A DNA stretch of 64,000 bases from Squalus acanthias (lineage: Eukaryota), in contig CM059431.1 in assembly GCA_030390025.1 (NCBI GenBank), forward strand, positions 151,220,001 through 151,284,000, given 5' to 3'. Each line of letters starts with the position of its first letter. Within the stretch, counting starts at the first letter, position 1. A program made the position numbers and the translations under genes. The notes below the pieces were generated by a model. The model saw only the letters and a list, made by a program, of their open reading frames with translations, had not been told where the DNA came from and did not search any database. Shown here piece by piece: positions 47,940 to 60,589 of the stretch.

Positions 47940-49679
47940 CAGTAATAGAAACGCTGGGTATGTTTAGAGTGGCCTAAGTCGCCTGGTCAAGATAGCTTGC
48001 ATCCTAGATTGCTAAGGGAATTCGGGAGGAGATAGCGGAAGGGCTTGCCATTATTTGCCAATATTCCCTCGATGCGGGGGGTGCGCCTGAGGATTGGAAA
48101 ATGGTAAATGTGACACCATTGTTTACTAAAGTGTCTAAGGACAATCCAAGTAACTACAGCCCGGTCAGTTTAACATCAGTGGTGGTTAGAGTTTTAGAAA
48201 CAATAACCAATAAAAAAAATAGCGTGTGCTTGGAAAGATTGAAACTAATTAAGCTAGAGCCAACACGATTTTGTAAAAGGCAGATCATGTTTGACTTATT
48301 AAATTGAATTTTCTGATGAAGTAACAGGGAGGATTGATGAAGGGAATGAATGCAATTGATGTTGTCTGTATTGATTTTCGGAAGCATTTGAAAAATTAAA
48401 AGATAGAAGGCTAGATTGCAAAATTGAGGCTGTTGGAATAGGTGGGTCAGCGGCAGCTTGGATAAGGAATTGGCTTAAGGACAGAAAACAGCGGGTTGTG
48501 GTAAATGGCTGCTTTTCAGACTGGAGGATGGTGGACAGTGATGTTCCCGGAGGGTCAGTGCTTCGGCCACTGCTTTTTTTGATATGTATAAATGACCTGG
48601 ATATTGGAATACAAAGCAGAATTTCTAAGTTTGCCGATGACATCAAACTTGGGGGTGGAGGGGGTGGTGGTTGCAAACAGTGAGGATGATACCAATCGAC
48701 TGCAACAGGACATAGAAAATGTAGCAGAATGGACAGACAAAAGCCACATGTAATTTAATGCAGAGAAGTGTGAGGTGATGCATTTCGCAGAAGGAAAAGG
48801 GAGAGGCAATATACACTTAATGCCACAGTTTGAAAGAGTGTGCAGGGACAGAGGGACCTGGGAGTTAATGTGCATAGGTCTTTGAAGGTGGCAGGACATA
48901 TTGAGAGAGTGGTTAGCAAAGCATATGGGATCTTGGGTTTCAGAAATAGAGGTATTGAGTACAAAAGTAGAGAAGTTATGCTGAACAATTATCAAGCGTT
49001 GATTAGGCCACAACTGGAATATTGCACCCAGTTCTGGTCACCACACATTAGGAAGGATGTGAAGCCCCTTGAGAGGGTGCAGAGGAGGTTTACCAGATTG
49101 GAGCAGGGGATGGGGGATCTTAGCGACACGGACAGGTTTGAGAAGTTGGATTTGTTTTTATTAGAGCAAAGGAGATTGAGGGGTTATTTTATGGAGGTGT
49201 ACAAGGTTATGACGGGTTCGGATTGTTTAGACGGGAAAAGGACTTCCCCAATAGTTGTTGGTATAAAGTCTGGAGGACACAGATTTATGATTTTGGGCAA
49301 GAGTTATAAGGGGATGTGAGGAAATTTTGTTTAAGCATCGAGTGACCTGGAATTCTCGGCCGACGGAATTGGTGGAAGCGGGGACACTCAATGTTTTCAA
49401 CGGGAGACTGGATGGGCATTTGAGGGAAACAAATTTGCAATGGTACGGAGATAGTGCGGGGCAATGGAACTGACTGGATTGCTCCGCAGAGAGCCGGCAG
49501 GGACTCGATGGGCCGAATGGCTAAAGGGATATGGGGAGAAAGATGGGACAGGGTACTGAATTTGGATGATTAGCCATGATCTCAGTTAGTGGCGGAGCAG
49601 ACTCGAGGACCCGAACGGCCTTTTCCTGCTCCTACCTTCCATGCTGCTATGCTTCTATGCCTCGTTCTGTGACGTTATA
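47940..49679 (+). mobile_element. CR1-c copy, inverted relative to 16976-18544, with a ~140-bp CR1 tail inserted at ~49523-49659
   Basis: ORFs 48498-48683 (INDLD..KFADDIKL) and 48840-49319. Confidence 0.92.
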
Positions 49680-49877
49680 AGAAAATGAGAACATAAGAAA
49701 TAGGAGCAGGAGTAGGCCAATCGGCCCTTCGAGCCTGCTCTGCCATTCAATAAGATCATGGCTGATCTGATACTCACCTCAAATCTAAAGAACACAAGAA
49801 TTAGGAGCAGGACCCGGCCACTCAGCCCCTGGGCCCGCTACGCCACCCACAGGGCCTCGACCGATCCGAACTCAGCC

Positions 49878-52828
49878 TCATGTCCAGTTTCCTGACCGGT
49901 CTCCGTAACCCCTCATTCCCTTTACTTCTAGGAAACTGTCTATTTCTGTTTTAAATTTATTTAATGATGTAGCTTCCATAGCTTCCTGGTGCAGCAAATT
50001 CCACAGACCTACTATCCTCTGAGTGAAGAAGTTTCTCCTCATCTCAGTTTTGAAAGAGCAGCCCCTTATTCTAAGATTATGCCCCCTAGTTCTAGTTTCA
50101 CCCATCCTTGGGAACATTTTTACCGCATCCACCCGAACAAGACCCGTCAAAATCTTATATGTTTCAATAAGATTGCCTCTCACTCTTCTGAACTCCAATG
50201 AGTAGAGTCCCAATCTACTCAACCTCTCCTCATATGTCCACCCCCTCATCCCGGAGATTAACTGAGTGAACCTTCTTTGTACTGCCTCGAGAGCAAGTAT
50301 GTGTTTTGTTAAGTATGGACAACAAAACTGTATGCATTTTTCTAGATGCTGTCTCACCAATACCTTATATAACTGCAGCAATACCTCCCTGTTTTTATAA
50401 TCTATCCAGCTAGCAATAAAAGCCAACATTCTTTTGGCCTTCTTGATCACCTGCTGCACCTGCATACTAACATTTTGATTTTCTTGCACTAGGACCCCCA
50501 GATCCCTTTGTACTGGAGTACTTTCCAGTTTCTCGCCATTACGATAATAACTTGCTCTCTGATTTTTCCTGCCAAAGTGCATAACCTCACATTTTCCAAT
50601 ATTGTATTGCATCTGCCAAATCTCCGCCCACTCACCCAGCTTGTCTATATCCCCTTGTAGGTTTTTTATGTCCTCCTCACTTTCTACTTTCCCTCCCATC
50701 TTTGTATCATCTGAAAACTTTGATAAGTTACACTCGGTCCCCTCCTCCAAATCGTTAATATAGATTGTAAAGAGTTGGGGACCCAGCACCGACCACTGCG
50801 GAACACCACTGGCTAATGGTTGCCAGTCCGAGAATTAACCATTTATCCCAACTCTCTGTTTCCTGTTAGATAACCAATCCTCCACCCATGTCAGAATATT
50901 CCCCCCAATCCAGTGATTTTTATCTTGAGCAATAATCTTTTATGTGGCACCTTGTCGAATGCCTTTTGGAAGTCTAAATACACTACGTCCATTGGTTCCC
51001 CTTTATCCACCCTGTACGTTATGTCCTCAAAGAGCTCAAGCAAATTTGTCAGACATGACTTCCCCTTCATAAAGCCATGCTGACTTTGTCCTATTAAATT
51101 ATGTTTATCTAAATGTTCCGTTACTGTCTCCTTAATAATAGACTCCAAAATTTTACCCACCACAGATGTTAGACTAACTGGTCTATAATTTCCAGCCTTC
51201 TGCCTACTACCCTTTTTAAATAAGGGTGTTACATTAGCAGTTTTCCAATCTGCCGGGACCTTTGCTGAGTCCAGGGAATTTTGGAAAATTATTACCAAAT
51301 TATCCACAATCCCTACTGCCACTTCCCTCAAGACCCGAGGATGTAAGCCATCAGGTCCAGGGGAGTTATCCGCCTTGATTCCCATTATTTTACTGAGTAC
51401 CAATTCCTTAGTGATTTTAATCGTATTTAGCTCCTCCCCCCCCTAGAGCCCCTGTTTGTCCAGTGTTGGGATATTCTTAGTGTCCTCTACCGTAAAGACT
51501 GAAACAAAATATTTGCTCAGCATTTTTGCCATCTCCATGTTTCCCACCATTAATTTCCCGGTCTCATCCTCTAAGGGTCCCACGTTTGCCTTAGCCACCC
51601 TTTTTCTTTCGATATAACGATAGAAACTCTTGCTATCTGTTTTTATATTTTTTGCTAAATTATTTTCATAATCTATCTGCCCTTTCTGAATCAATCCTTT
51701 AGTTACTTTTTGCTGTCTTTTGAAGACTTTCCAATCTTCTATCCTCCACTAAGTTTGGCTACCTTATATGTTCTTGTTTTAGTTGGATACTATCCTTAAT
51801 TTCTTTACTTAGCTAAGGATGGCTGTCATTTCTTTTACACCCTTTTTTCCTCAGTGGAATATATATTTTTTGAAAGTTGTAAAATAACTCCTTAAATGAA
51901 CACCACTGCTCATGTACCGTCTTAACCTTTGATCTATTTTCCCAGTTCACTTTAATCAATTCCGATCTCATACCATCATAGTCTCCTTTATTCAAGCTCA
52001 GTACGCTTGTCTGAGAACCAACCTTCTCACCCTCGAATTGGATATGGAATTCAACCATGTTATGGGCGCTCATTCCAAGGGGATCCTTAACTAGGACATT
52101 ATTAATTAATCCTGACTCATTACACAGGACCAGGTCCAAGGTTGCTGGCTCCTTGTAGGATCAGTTACATACTGCACAAGAAATCCATCCCTAATGCACT
52201 CAATAAACTCTTCCTCAAGGCTGCCCTGCCCAATTTGATTTGTCCAGTTAATACGATAGTTACATTCCCCCATAATTATATCTGTTCCCTGATTACATGC
52301 CCAAACTATTTCCTGATTAATACTTCTTCCAGCAGAGTTGCAACTATTAGGAGGCCTATATACTACTCCCACTAGTGTTTTTTTTCCCCTTATTATTCCT
52401 TATCTCCACCCAAACTGTTTCATTATCCTGATCCTTTGACCCAATATCATTTTTCTGTAATACAGTGATTCCTTCCTTTATTAACATAGCTACCCCACCT
52501 CCTCTTCCTTCCTGCCTGTCGTTCCTGATTGCTAAATACCCTGGCATATTTAATTCCCAGTCGTTGTCACCCAGCAGCAATGTTTCTGTAATGGCCACAA
52601 GATCATACCCATACGTAGTTATTTGTACCGTCAACTCGTCTATTTTTTTTTACGAATGCTGCGTGCATTCAGATAAAGAACTTTTAAATATGTGTTGTGA
52701 CAATTTATTCCTGCTTTTACCGCCTTTACTACTTTACCGTTATCTTTATATATTCTGTCCCTTCCTGACAGGCTCTGGTTTTTAATTACCCCACTGCTAC
52801 TTTGCTCTGTTGCCTTCTCCGCTGACAT
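49878..52828 (-). pseudogene. CR1 ORF2 (APE endonuclease + reverse transcriptase), several frameshifts/stops
   Basis: [99 protein letters not shown]. Confidence 0.95.
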
Positions 52829-52866
52829 TTTAATGTTTTGCTCTCTTGAAACCTCCCCCCCACTAA

Positions 52867-53720
52867 TTAGTTTAAAGCCCTCTCTACAGCCCTAGTTATT
52901 CGATTCGCCAGGAATCTAGTCCCAGCACTGGCCAAGTGAAGTCCGTGCCAACGGAACAGCTCTCTCCTGTCCCAGTACTGGTGACAGTTTCCCAGGAAGC
53001 AAAACCCATTTCTCCCACACCAGTCTTTGAGCCACGCATGTAATTTGGCCCCTAGCTGCTCATACTCCCTCAACAGAACCTCATTCCTTGTCCTATCTAT
53101 GTCATTGGTACCAACATGGACCACGACAACTGGATCTTCCCCCTCCCACTCCAAGTTTCTCTCCAGCCCTGAGGAGATGTCCTTAACCCTGGCACCGGGC
53201 AGGCAACACAGCCTTCGGTTCTCTTGTTCCCGGCTGCAAAGAACACTATCTATCCCCTTAATGATACTATCCCCTACCACTACAACATTTATTTTTACTC
53301 CCCCCACTTGAATGGCTCCCCGTACCACGGTGCTGTTTTGGCAGGTTGCTCATCCTCCCTGCAGTCCCTGCTCCCGTCCTCACAGGGAGTAAGAGCCTCG
53401 AACCTGTTGGACAAGAGTTAGGGCTGCGGCTCCTCCAACACTACCTCCTGGATCCCCGTACCTGCCTCACTCGTAGTCACACCCTCCTGTCCCTGATCAC
53501 GGGCTACATCTGAATTAGTTAATCTAATTGGTGTGACTACCTCCTGGAACACAGAGTCCAGGTAACTCTCGCCCTCCCTGATGTGTCGCAGTGTTTGAAG
53601 CTCGGACTCCAGCTCATCAACACGGAGCCGGAGTTCCTCGAGCAGCCAACACTTACTGCAAATGTGATCACCGTGAACATCAATGGTGTCCACCAGCTCC
53701 CACATATTCAGCAGTAACAC
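52867..53720 (-). pseudogene. CR1 ORF1 (Cys motif + coiled coil + SGNH/GDSL esterase domain), disrupted
   Basis: HICSKCWLLEELRLRVDELESELQTLR; VVVGDSIIKG, CLPGARVKDI, VVVHVGTNDI, GLHL. Confidence 0.9.
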
Positions 53721-53806
53721 ATCACCTGCTCTCTCATTCTATGTAATTAATTAAATTTATTAATATTATTTACCCTTTAATTAATTTAAATTAAAACAAT
53801 ACACTT

Positions 53807-54236
53807 CTGTGACAGTTTGATCTGAGTCTCTTCACTCCGTCCTGACAGTTTGATCTGAGTCTCCTCACTCCGTCCTGTGACAGTTTGATCTGAGTCGCTT
53901 CACTCTCCGACCTGTGACAGTTTGATCTGAGTCTCCTCACTCTCCGTCCTGTGAGAGTTTGATCTGAGTCTCCTCACTCCGTCCTGTGACAGTTTGATCT
54001 GAGTCTCTTCACTCTCCGTCCTGTGACAGTTTGATCTGAGTCTCTTCACTCTCCGTCCTGTGACAGTTTGATCTGAGTCTCTTCACTCTCCGTCCTGTGA
54101 CAGTTTGATCTGAGTCTCTTCAATCTCCGTCCTGTGACAGTTTGATCTGAGTCTCTTCACTCTCCATCCTGTGACAGTTTGATCTGAGTCTCTTCACTCT
54201 CCGTCCTGTGACAGTTTGATCTGTGTCTCCTCACAC
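53807..54236. repeat. 37-bp tandem repeat, 12 copies (GTGACAGTTTGATCTGAGTCTCTTCACTCTCCGTCCT)
   Basis: Copy starts at 53809, 53843, 53877, 53914, 53951, 53986, 54023, 54060, 54097, 54134, 54171, 54208. Confidence 0.97.
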
Positions 54237-54753
54237 AGTTCGTAGAGTATGCTGCTGTCCTTGTAGTTTTGGATGGCCTTGAATATGTCTAATGCATGGT
54301 ATGAATTACTTTATGATTCTATTGCAGGCAAATTGAGAAAGTAGTTAAAATCATATGGGATCCTTGGCTTTATTAAGAGAGGAATAAAGTACATAGCAAG
54401 GAAGCTATGCTAAACCTTTATAAATCATTGGATAGGCCTCATCTGAATTACTGTTCTGGGCATCACACTTTAGGAAGGTTATCAATGCTTTGGAGACGGT
54501 GCAGACAAGATTTACGAGAATGCTACCCTGGATGAGGGTGTTCACTTATCCGACTAGACTGGAAAAGCTGGGTTTGGTCTCCTTAGAGCAGAGAATGTAA
54601 AGAGGAGATTCTCTATTGGTGTTCAAAATCACGAATGGTTTTGATAGAGTAAACAAAGTGTGACGGTTTGCTGTGGCAGAGGGTCGGTAACCAGAGGACG
54701 CAGAGTGAAGGTGTTTTGCAAATGAACCAGAGGTGACATGAGGAAACATTTTT

Positions 54754-56303
54754 CAAATAAAGGAAAATACGATAGTATGAGGCACGAGTTGGCTAGGAAG
54801 ATTGGGGAACGTTACTTAAAGGGCTGACGGTGGAAAGACAACGGCAACCATTTAAAGATTGCATGAATTAACTATAGAATGTGTTCATCCCTGTTTGGCA
54901 TAAAAATAAAACAAAAAAGTTGACTCAATCGTGGCTAACAAGGGAAATTAGGGATAACATAGGATTCAAGGAGAGGACATATAATTTGGCGAGAAAAAGC
55001 AGCAAAACTGAGGATTGGGAGCAGTTTAGGATTCAGCAAGGGGGACAAAGGGATTAATTAAGAGAGGGATAAAAGATTATGACAGTAAGCTTGCAGTGAA
55101 CATAAAAACTGACTGTAAAAGCTTCTATAGAAATGTGAAGAGAAAAAATATTCTTGATCTCAAGGGTAGGTCCCTTGCAGTCAGGATCAGCGAAATTTAT
55201 AATGGGCAACGAAGAAATGACAGACCACTTAAACACAAACTTTGTTTCTGTCTGCACAAAGGAGTGCACAAATAACGTCTCAGAGATGTAGGGGAACATA
55301 GGGTCTAATGAGAGGGAGGAACTGAATGAAATCAGTATATGTAGGGAAATGGTGTGAGGGAAATTGACGGGATTGAATGCCGATAAATCCCTAGTCATGA
55401 TGTACTGCATCCTAGGGTACTTAACGAAGTAGCCCTAGAAAAAGAAGATGCATTGCTAGCCATCTTCTAAAACTCTATGGACTCTGGAACAGTTCCCATG
55501 GATTGGAGGATAGCTAATGTAACCCCACTATTTAAAAAATGTGGTAGAGAGAAAACGGGGAGTTATAGACCGGTAAACCAGACATCGGTAGTGGGGAACA
55601 TGCTAGAGACCATTGGAAAAGAAGTAATAGCAGAGCACTTGGAAAACAGTGACACAATCGGACAATGTCAACATAGATTTACAAATAGTAAATCATGCTT
55701 GACTATTCAACTGGAATTGTTTGAGGATGTGACTGGTAGAATAGATAAGGGAGAACCAGTGGATATGGTGTATTTTGACTTTCAGAAGACTTTCTATAAG
55801 GTCCCGCATAAGAGACTAGCGTGTAAAGTTAAATCACATGGGATTGGGGGTAAGTTACTGTCTTGGATAGAGAACTGGTTGGCAGACAGGAAGCAAAGTG
55901 TTAAATAAATGGTACTGTTTCCGAGTGGCAGGCAGTGACTAGTGGGGTATCGCAGTGGTCGGTGCTAGGGCCCCAGCTATTCACAATATATATAAATGAT
56001 CTAGACGAGGGAACTAGATGCAAGATTTAAAAGTTTGCAGACGACACAAAGCAGGGTGGGCGTGTGTGCTGTGAGCAGGAGGCAGATAAACTCCAGTATC
56101 TTTTGGACAGGTTGGGTGATTGGGCGGATGCATGGAAAATGCTGTATAGTGTGGATAAATGCGAGGTTATCAACTTCGGTGGCAAATACAGGAAGACAGA
56201 TTATTAACTGAACGGCAACAGATTGTTAAAATGGGAAGTGCAACGAGACCTGGGTGTCCTTGTGCACCAGTCGCTGAAGGTAAGCATGCAGGTGCAGCAG
56301 GCG
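54754..56303 (+). mobile_element. CR1-b copy, inverted relative to 14992-16542
   Basis: ORF 55477-55908 (DWRIANVTPLFKK, YFDFQKTFYKVPH). Confidence 0.92.
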
Positions 56304-56809
56304 CTATATAACTGCAACTTATTTATTTCTTCGATTAGTGCCATGGGATCTTCCACATCCACCTGAGAGGGCAGATCTTAACGGAAGGAAAAATCGTCAG
56401 CATGTGTAACGAGACAGCCATTTCGCTATCGCCCGTTTCACACTATCGCACGACGTCAATATTATCGGATTATCACTGCATTTTGTCTGGAACCAGTCCC
56501 GGGCTGGGAAATGCACCGCTGTGAATGCTGGGCTCACTGACTAGAATCGCACGGCAATAGTGTCTTGATGACTCACTGGAGAGTTCCTGGCACCCGCGCT
56601 CTGTTAACTAAGATAACACACAGTGAGAGGGAAGGAGAGAACAAAACGGACCTTTTTCTACATATTCGCAGAATGGTTCATTTATTTTAATGCAAAGTCA
56701 ATCATCTTACAATATATCAGGACACAGAATGTCAAGCGACTATTGCCCAGTTACTTTCAATCAACATGTTCCAAATGAGTCGCTTCTGGTTATGTTTTTA
56801 AAGTTTTTC

Positions 56810-57295
56810 CGCATCAGAGGTTCGCAGATGATACAAAAAATGGCCGTGTGGTTGATAATGAAGAAGAAAGGTGCAGACTGCAGGAAGAGATCAATGGATC
56901 CAGTCAGGTGTGCAGAAAAGTGGCAAATGGAATTCAGTCTGGAGAAGTGTGAGGTAATGCATTTGGGGAGGGCTAGCAAGGCATGGGAACACACTATAAA
57001 TGGTAGGACACTGAGAAATGCAGAAGATCATAGGGAGCTTGGAGGGCATGTCCAAAGATTCCTCATGCGATACTTGCCTTTATTAACCGAGGCATAGAAT
57101 ATAAGAGCAGGGAATTTATGCTTGAACTGTCTTAGACACTAGTTAGGCCTCAGCTAGAATACTGCGTGCAGTTCTGGTAACCAATTTACAAGAAGGATGT
57201 GATTGCACTCGAGAGGGTACAGGGGAGATTTACGAAACACAAGCACAGAGAATTAGGGCCGAATGGCCTGTGTCTGAGCTGTAGACTTTGTGTAA
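56810..57295 (+). mobile_element. CR1 RT fragment (unit copy)
   Basis: C-terminal part of ORF 56690-57097, AEKWQMEFSLEKCEVMHLG. Confidence 0.9.
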
Positions 57296-59187
57296 CTGGA
57301 TCATATGAAATAAAGTTGGCAGCATTTTCAACTATATAAAAGCCACGAATGATCAACCAAACTAACTGAGTGGTTGTGCAACGTTTTTCAAAGTGATTTG
57401 GCTGTATAACAGTAAGGTTTATTTCAAATATTGCCTTATCCAAAACTCCGAAAGCAGCAAGCGAGGAGTTGGGAAAAAAAACATTTGAGAGCGGAAAGAG
57501 ACCTTTATAAAACATGACAGGAAGCAGTCAGAAGGAAGAGTCATACAGACTGACACGGTCCCAAACACAGAAAGACTTGTACGAATCAATCAATCGAACT
57601 TCAATAGATGCACTCAGATTGTAGCCAACGATAGATGCAATTATTGACATTTCCCTTGAGATGTGATCTGATTGGGCGGCATTTCAGGAAACTGATAATC
57701 TGTCGTCACATGCTGAAAGTGATTCATGTTTATACTCACATACATATCTCTCGTAATCCTCCCCGGTGACAGTCCGTTTAGACAATGATTTACATTACTC
57801 ACCCTCACTTGAACAAACAGATTCAGACACCATCTGCTGTTGTGTTGATGTTATTAAATCGGTTGTACTCTTTATATGCACAACCTGAAGGGATATAAAG
57901 GAGAGACTGAGTAAAGTGAGTGATACAGGGAGTCACCAGCAGAGGGAGATAGATAAAGGTGTGACTGAGAACAATGAGTGATGCAGAGAGACACCAGCAG
58001 AGGGAGAGAAATACAGGAGAGACTGAGTACTGTGATACAGAGAGGCATAAGCAGAGTGAGATAGATAAAAGTACAACTGAGTGCAGCTTTCTGCTTATAA
58101 AGTCCAGCTGAGGCCAAACCAGTGTTTTATAAAAGTTTAGCATAACTTCCTGGCTTTGTACTCTATTCGTCTATTAATAAAGCCAAGGATACCACGTGAT
58201 TTTTTAGCAGCCTTCGAAACTTGTCCTGCCACCGGCAAAGTTTTGTGAATATATACCCGATGTTGGCCTTTATCTCAAGGGGGCAGGAATATGATGAGGT
58301 GGATGTATGTGACCATCTTAAAAAGATCAGGTTAGACGCCATTTAAGTTTCTGAATTCAGTTCTGGGTAACGCACATCAGGAAGGACAAATTGGCCTTGG
58401 ACAGGGTGCAGCGCAGAGTTGCCAGAATTATACCGGAGCTAAAACGGTTATAATATGAAGACAGGCTGAATAGACTAGGCTGGTATTACATTGAGCATAG
58501 AAAATGAAGGCATGATCTAAATAACCTACTTTAGATGATGAAATGAGTTGATATTTTAGTTAGAGAGAAACGATTTGCTCTGGTGGGGGAATGCAGACCA
58601 AGCGTTTAACATTGAAATTAGAGCTAAGCCGTTCAGGGCTGATGTCAATAAGTACTCCTCATACACTGGGAAGTGGAAATCTGGCGCAAAAACCTGATGA
58701 GGCTGGGGGTCACTAGAACATTTCAAAACTGAGGTTAGCAGATTTTTGTCTCGGTAGGATTTTAAGGGTTAGGAAGCTAATCCTGGTACATGGAGTTAAG
58801 ATGCAGATCAATCATGATATGACTGAATGGTGGGAAAGGCTTGAGGGGCTGATTAGCCTACTCCTGTTGCTATAAAGATAGAAAAAGATTAGGTGCTGAG
58901 ATTCAGGAGCAGGGAGTCATAATTTGGAGAAGGGATGAGATTGAGGAATTGCGATCAGATTGAAAACGAGTTCAGATTTAGGAGAAATTGTCATTTCAGT
59001 TCGGAGCAGACTCGGGGCAGGTTGCTGGCTGTTAGTGTGTTTGAGATAGAATGTGCTGAGAAGAGGTGTCGAGCTGAAGCAATGGAGTGACGGTGCGTGT
59101 ACTCAGAGGTTGGCTGTGGGCAGGAAGTGAAGGGAATGTAATTCTCTGACACAGCCAATCAGTATCGCTGTTTCGGTAAAGTTCAGA

Positions 59188-59260
59188 GCCCTGATTGGTC
59201 AGTTGGTAGAGCATCAGACTTTTCATCTGAGGGTCCAGATTTTAAGTCCCTCTTCGGGCG
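59188..59260 (+). pseudogene. TRK-TTT: tRNA-Lys(TTT) pseudogene
   Basis: GCCCTGATTGGTCAGTTGGTAGAGC; loop CTTTTCA; damaged T arm. Confidence 0.88.
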
Positions 59261-59939
59261 TTGCTTTAGTCAATGGAAACACCATTTGATTTACACTGCA
59301 AAACAACGACTTTGATTATAACCAATCACTAAAGTCGGTTTATATTGCAAAAAAAAAAGAAAAATGTTCATCTATTATATTGAGTCTGCGGGAAAGATCA
59401 GCGTGAATTACTCCTGTTTTATGGCGCTATAGGGAAGTAAGATTTGAAAATCTTAAACTGAAGTAATAGCCTGAGCACGCACTTGAAACCTGCGCCCTCA
59501 TATTTAAAATCTGCTGCTGCTCCGACTGAGATAGCCAGGCTCACGCTTTCATTTTCACACAGCGACCTCCACAAGCTGACGTGGAACATTACATCTTTCA
59601 CATTCCGCATTTTCCGCGACATTAATCCGGCGTGTACAACGCATTTCTCTCACACACCCTCACTCACTGCCTGCCACAGACATCACTTCTCAAATACTGT
59701 CCCACCCACCCACATCTCGATCATTAACAGCGCTACAATCCAGTACACCGCGCACAGTAACGGCTTCAGTTTGCATTAAGATACAGTTCAATATGGTTCT
59801 GTAAAGAGTGCTGCCGGGAAGGGAGAGAAAAGTTAAGAAAAAGCGCAATCTTTAACAGGCTCAAATGCCAAAAGCTGTGCAAGGACAAAGAACGAAGCTG
59901 AATTTATTGATGCTTATTCAGACTCAAATAGCAAAACAT

Positions 59940-60421
59940 ATACCAGACTGATACCGGGGATGGTAGGAATGACGTATGAAGAGAGATTGGGTCGATTAGC
60001 TTTATATTCGCTAGAGTTTAGAGAATGAGATGGGATCTCATTGAAACTTATTACATTCTAACAGGACTAGACAGACTAGATGCAGGATGGATGTTCCCGA
60101 TGGCGGGCGATTCCAGAACCAGGGGTCATAGTCTAAGGATAAGGAGTAAGCCATTTTTGACTGAGCTGAGGAGGAATTGCTTCACCCAGAGAGTGGTGAA
60201 CCTGTGGAATTCTCTAACACAGAAGGTAGTTGAGGCCAATTCATTAAATATATTAAAGAAGGAGTTAGATATATTTCTTAAGGCTAAAGGGATCAAGGGA
60301 TATGGGGAGAAAGCAAGGACAGGGTACTGAATTTGGATGATCAGCCATGATCTCATTAAATGGCGGAACAGCCTCGAGGGGCCGAATGGCCTACTCCTGC
60401 TCCTATCTTCGATGCTTCTAT
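59940..60421 (+). mobile_element. CR1 3' fragment with complete tail
   Basis: ORF 60025-60330; GGGCCGAATGGCCTACTCCTGCTCCTAT tail; the empty site AAACATATGGAAATTG is seen at ~45890. Confidence 0.9.
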
Positions 60422-60589
60422 ATGGAAATTGGGAAGTGAAGATCTGTGTCAAAGGCTAATGGAATCATAGAATGAAACAGTACAAAAGGAGTGCACTCGG
60501 ACCATCGTGCTTCTGGCGTTTCTTTGGTAGAACAATCCAATTAATCCCACTCCCCTTCTGTTTTGCATATAAATAGTAATAGGGTAGTA

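Larger units (their letters stand above)
49676..54296 (-). mobile_element. Near full-length CR1 LINE (~4.6 kb), frameshifted
   Basis: On -: 5' VNTR, ORF1, ORF2 (APE + RT), 3' UTR and a (TTCTTATG)n-like tail. It interrupts the CR1-c tail (compare 16976-17030). Confidence 0.95.

Noticed and set aside
49878..50789. 303-aa RT ORF as a retron, DGR or defence RT paired with the tRNA/repeat array
   Set aside because: Motifs and neighbours are those of CR1 ORF2 (APE upstream, CR1 tail downstream); it is frameshifted and the YADD-type motif reads FSDD.
53807..54236. CRISPR-like array (37-bp periodicity)
   Set aside because: Units are contiguous with no unique spacers, there are no cas genes, and the context is vertebrate. 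It is a plain tandem repeat.
49670..54300. Target-site duplication for the long CR1
   Set aside because: Only a weak GTTAT/GGTAT similarity at the ends; not convincing.
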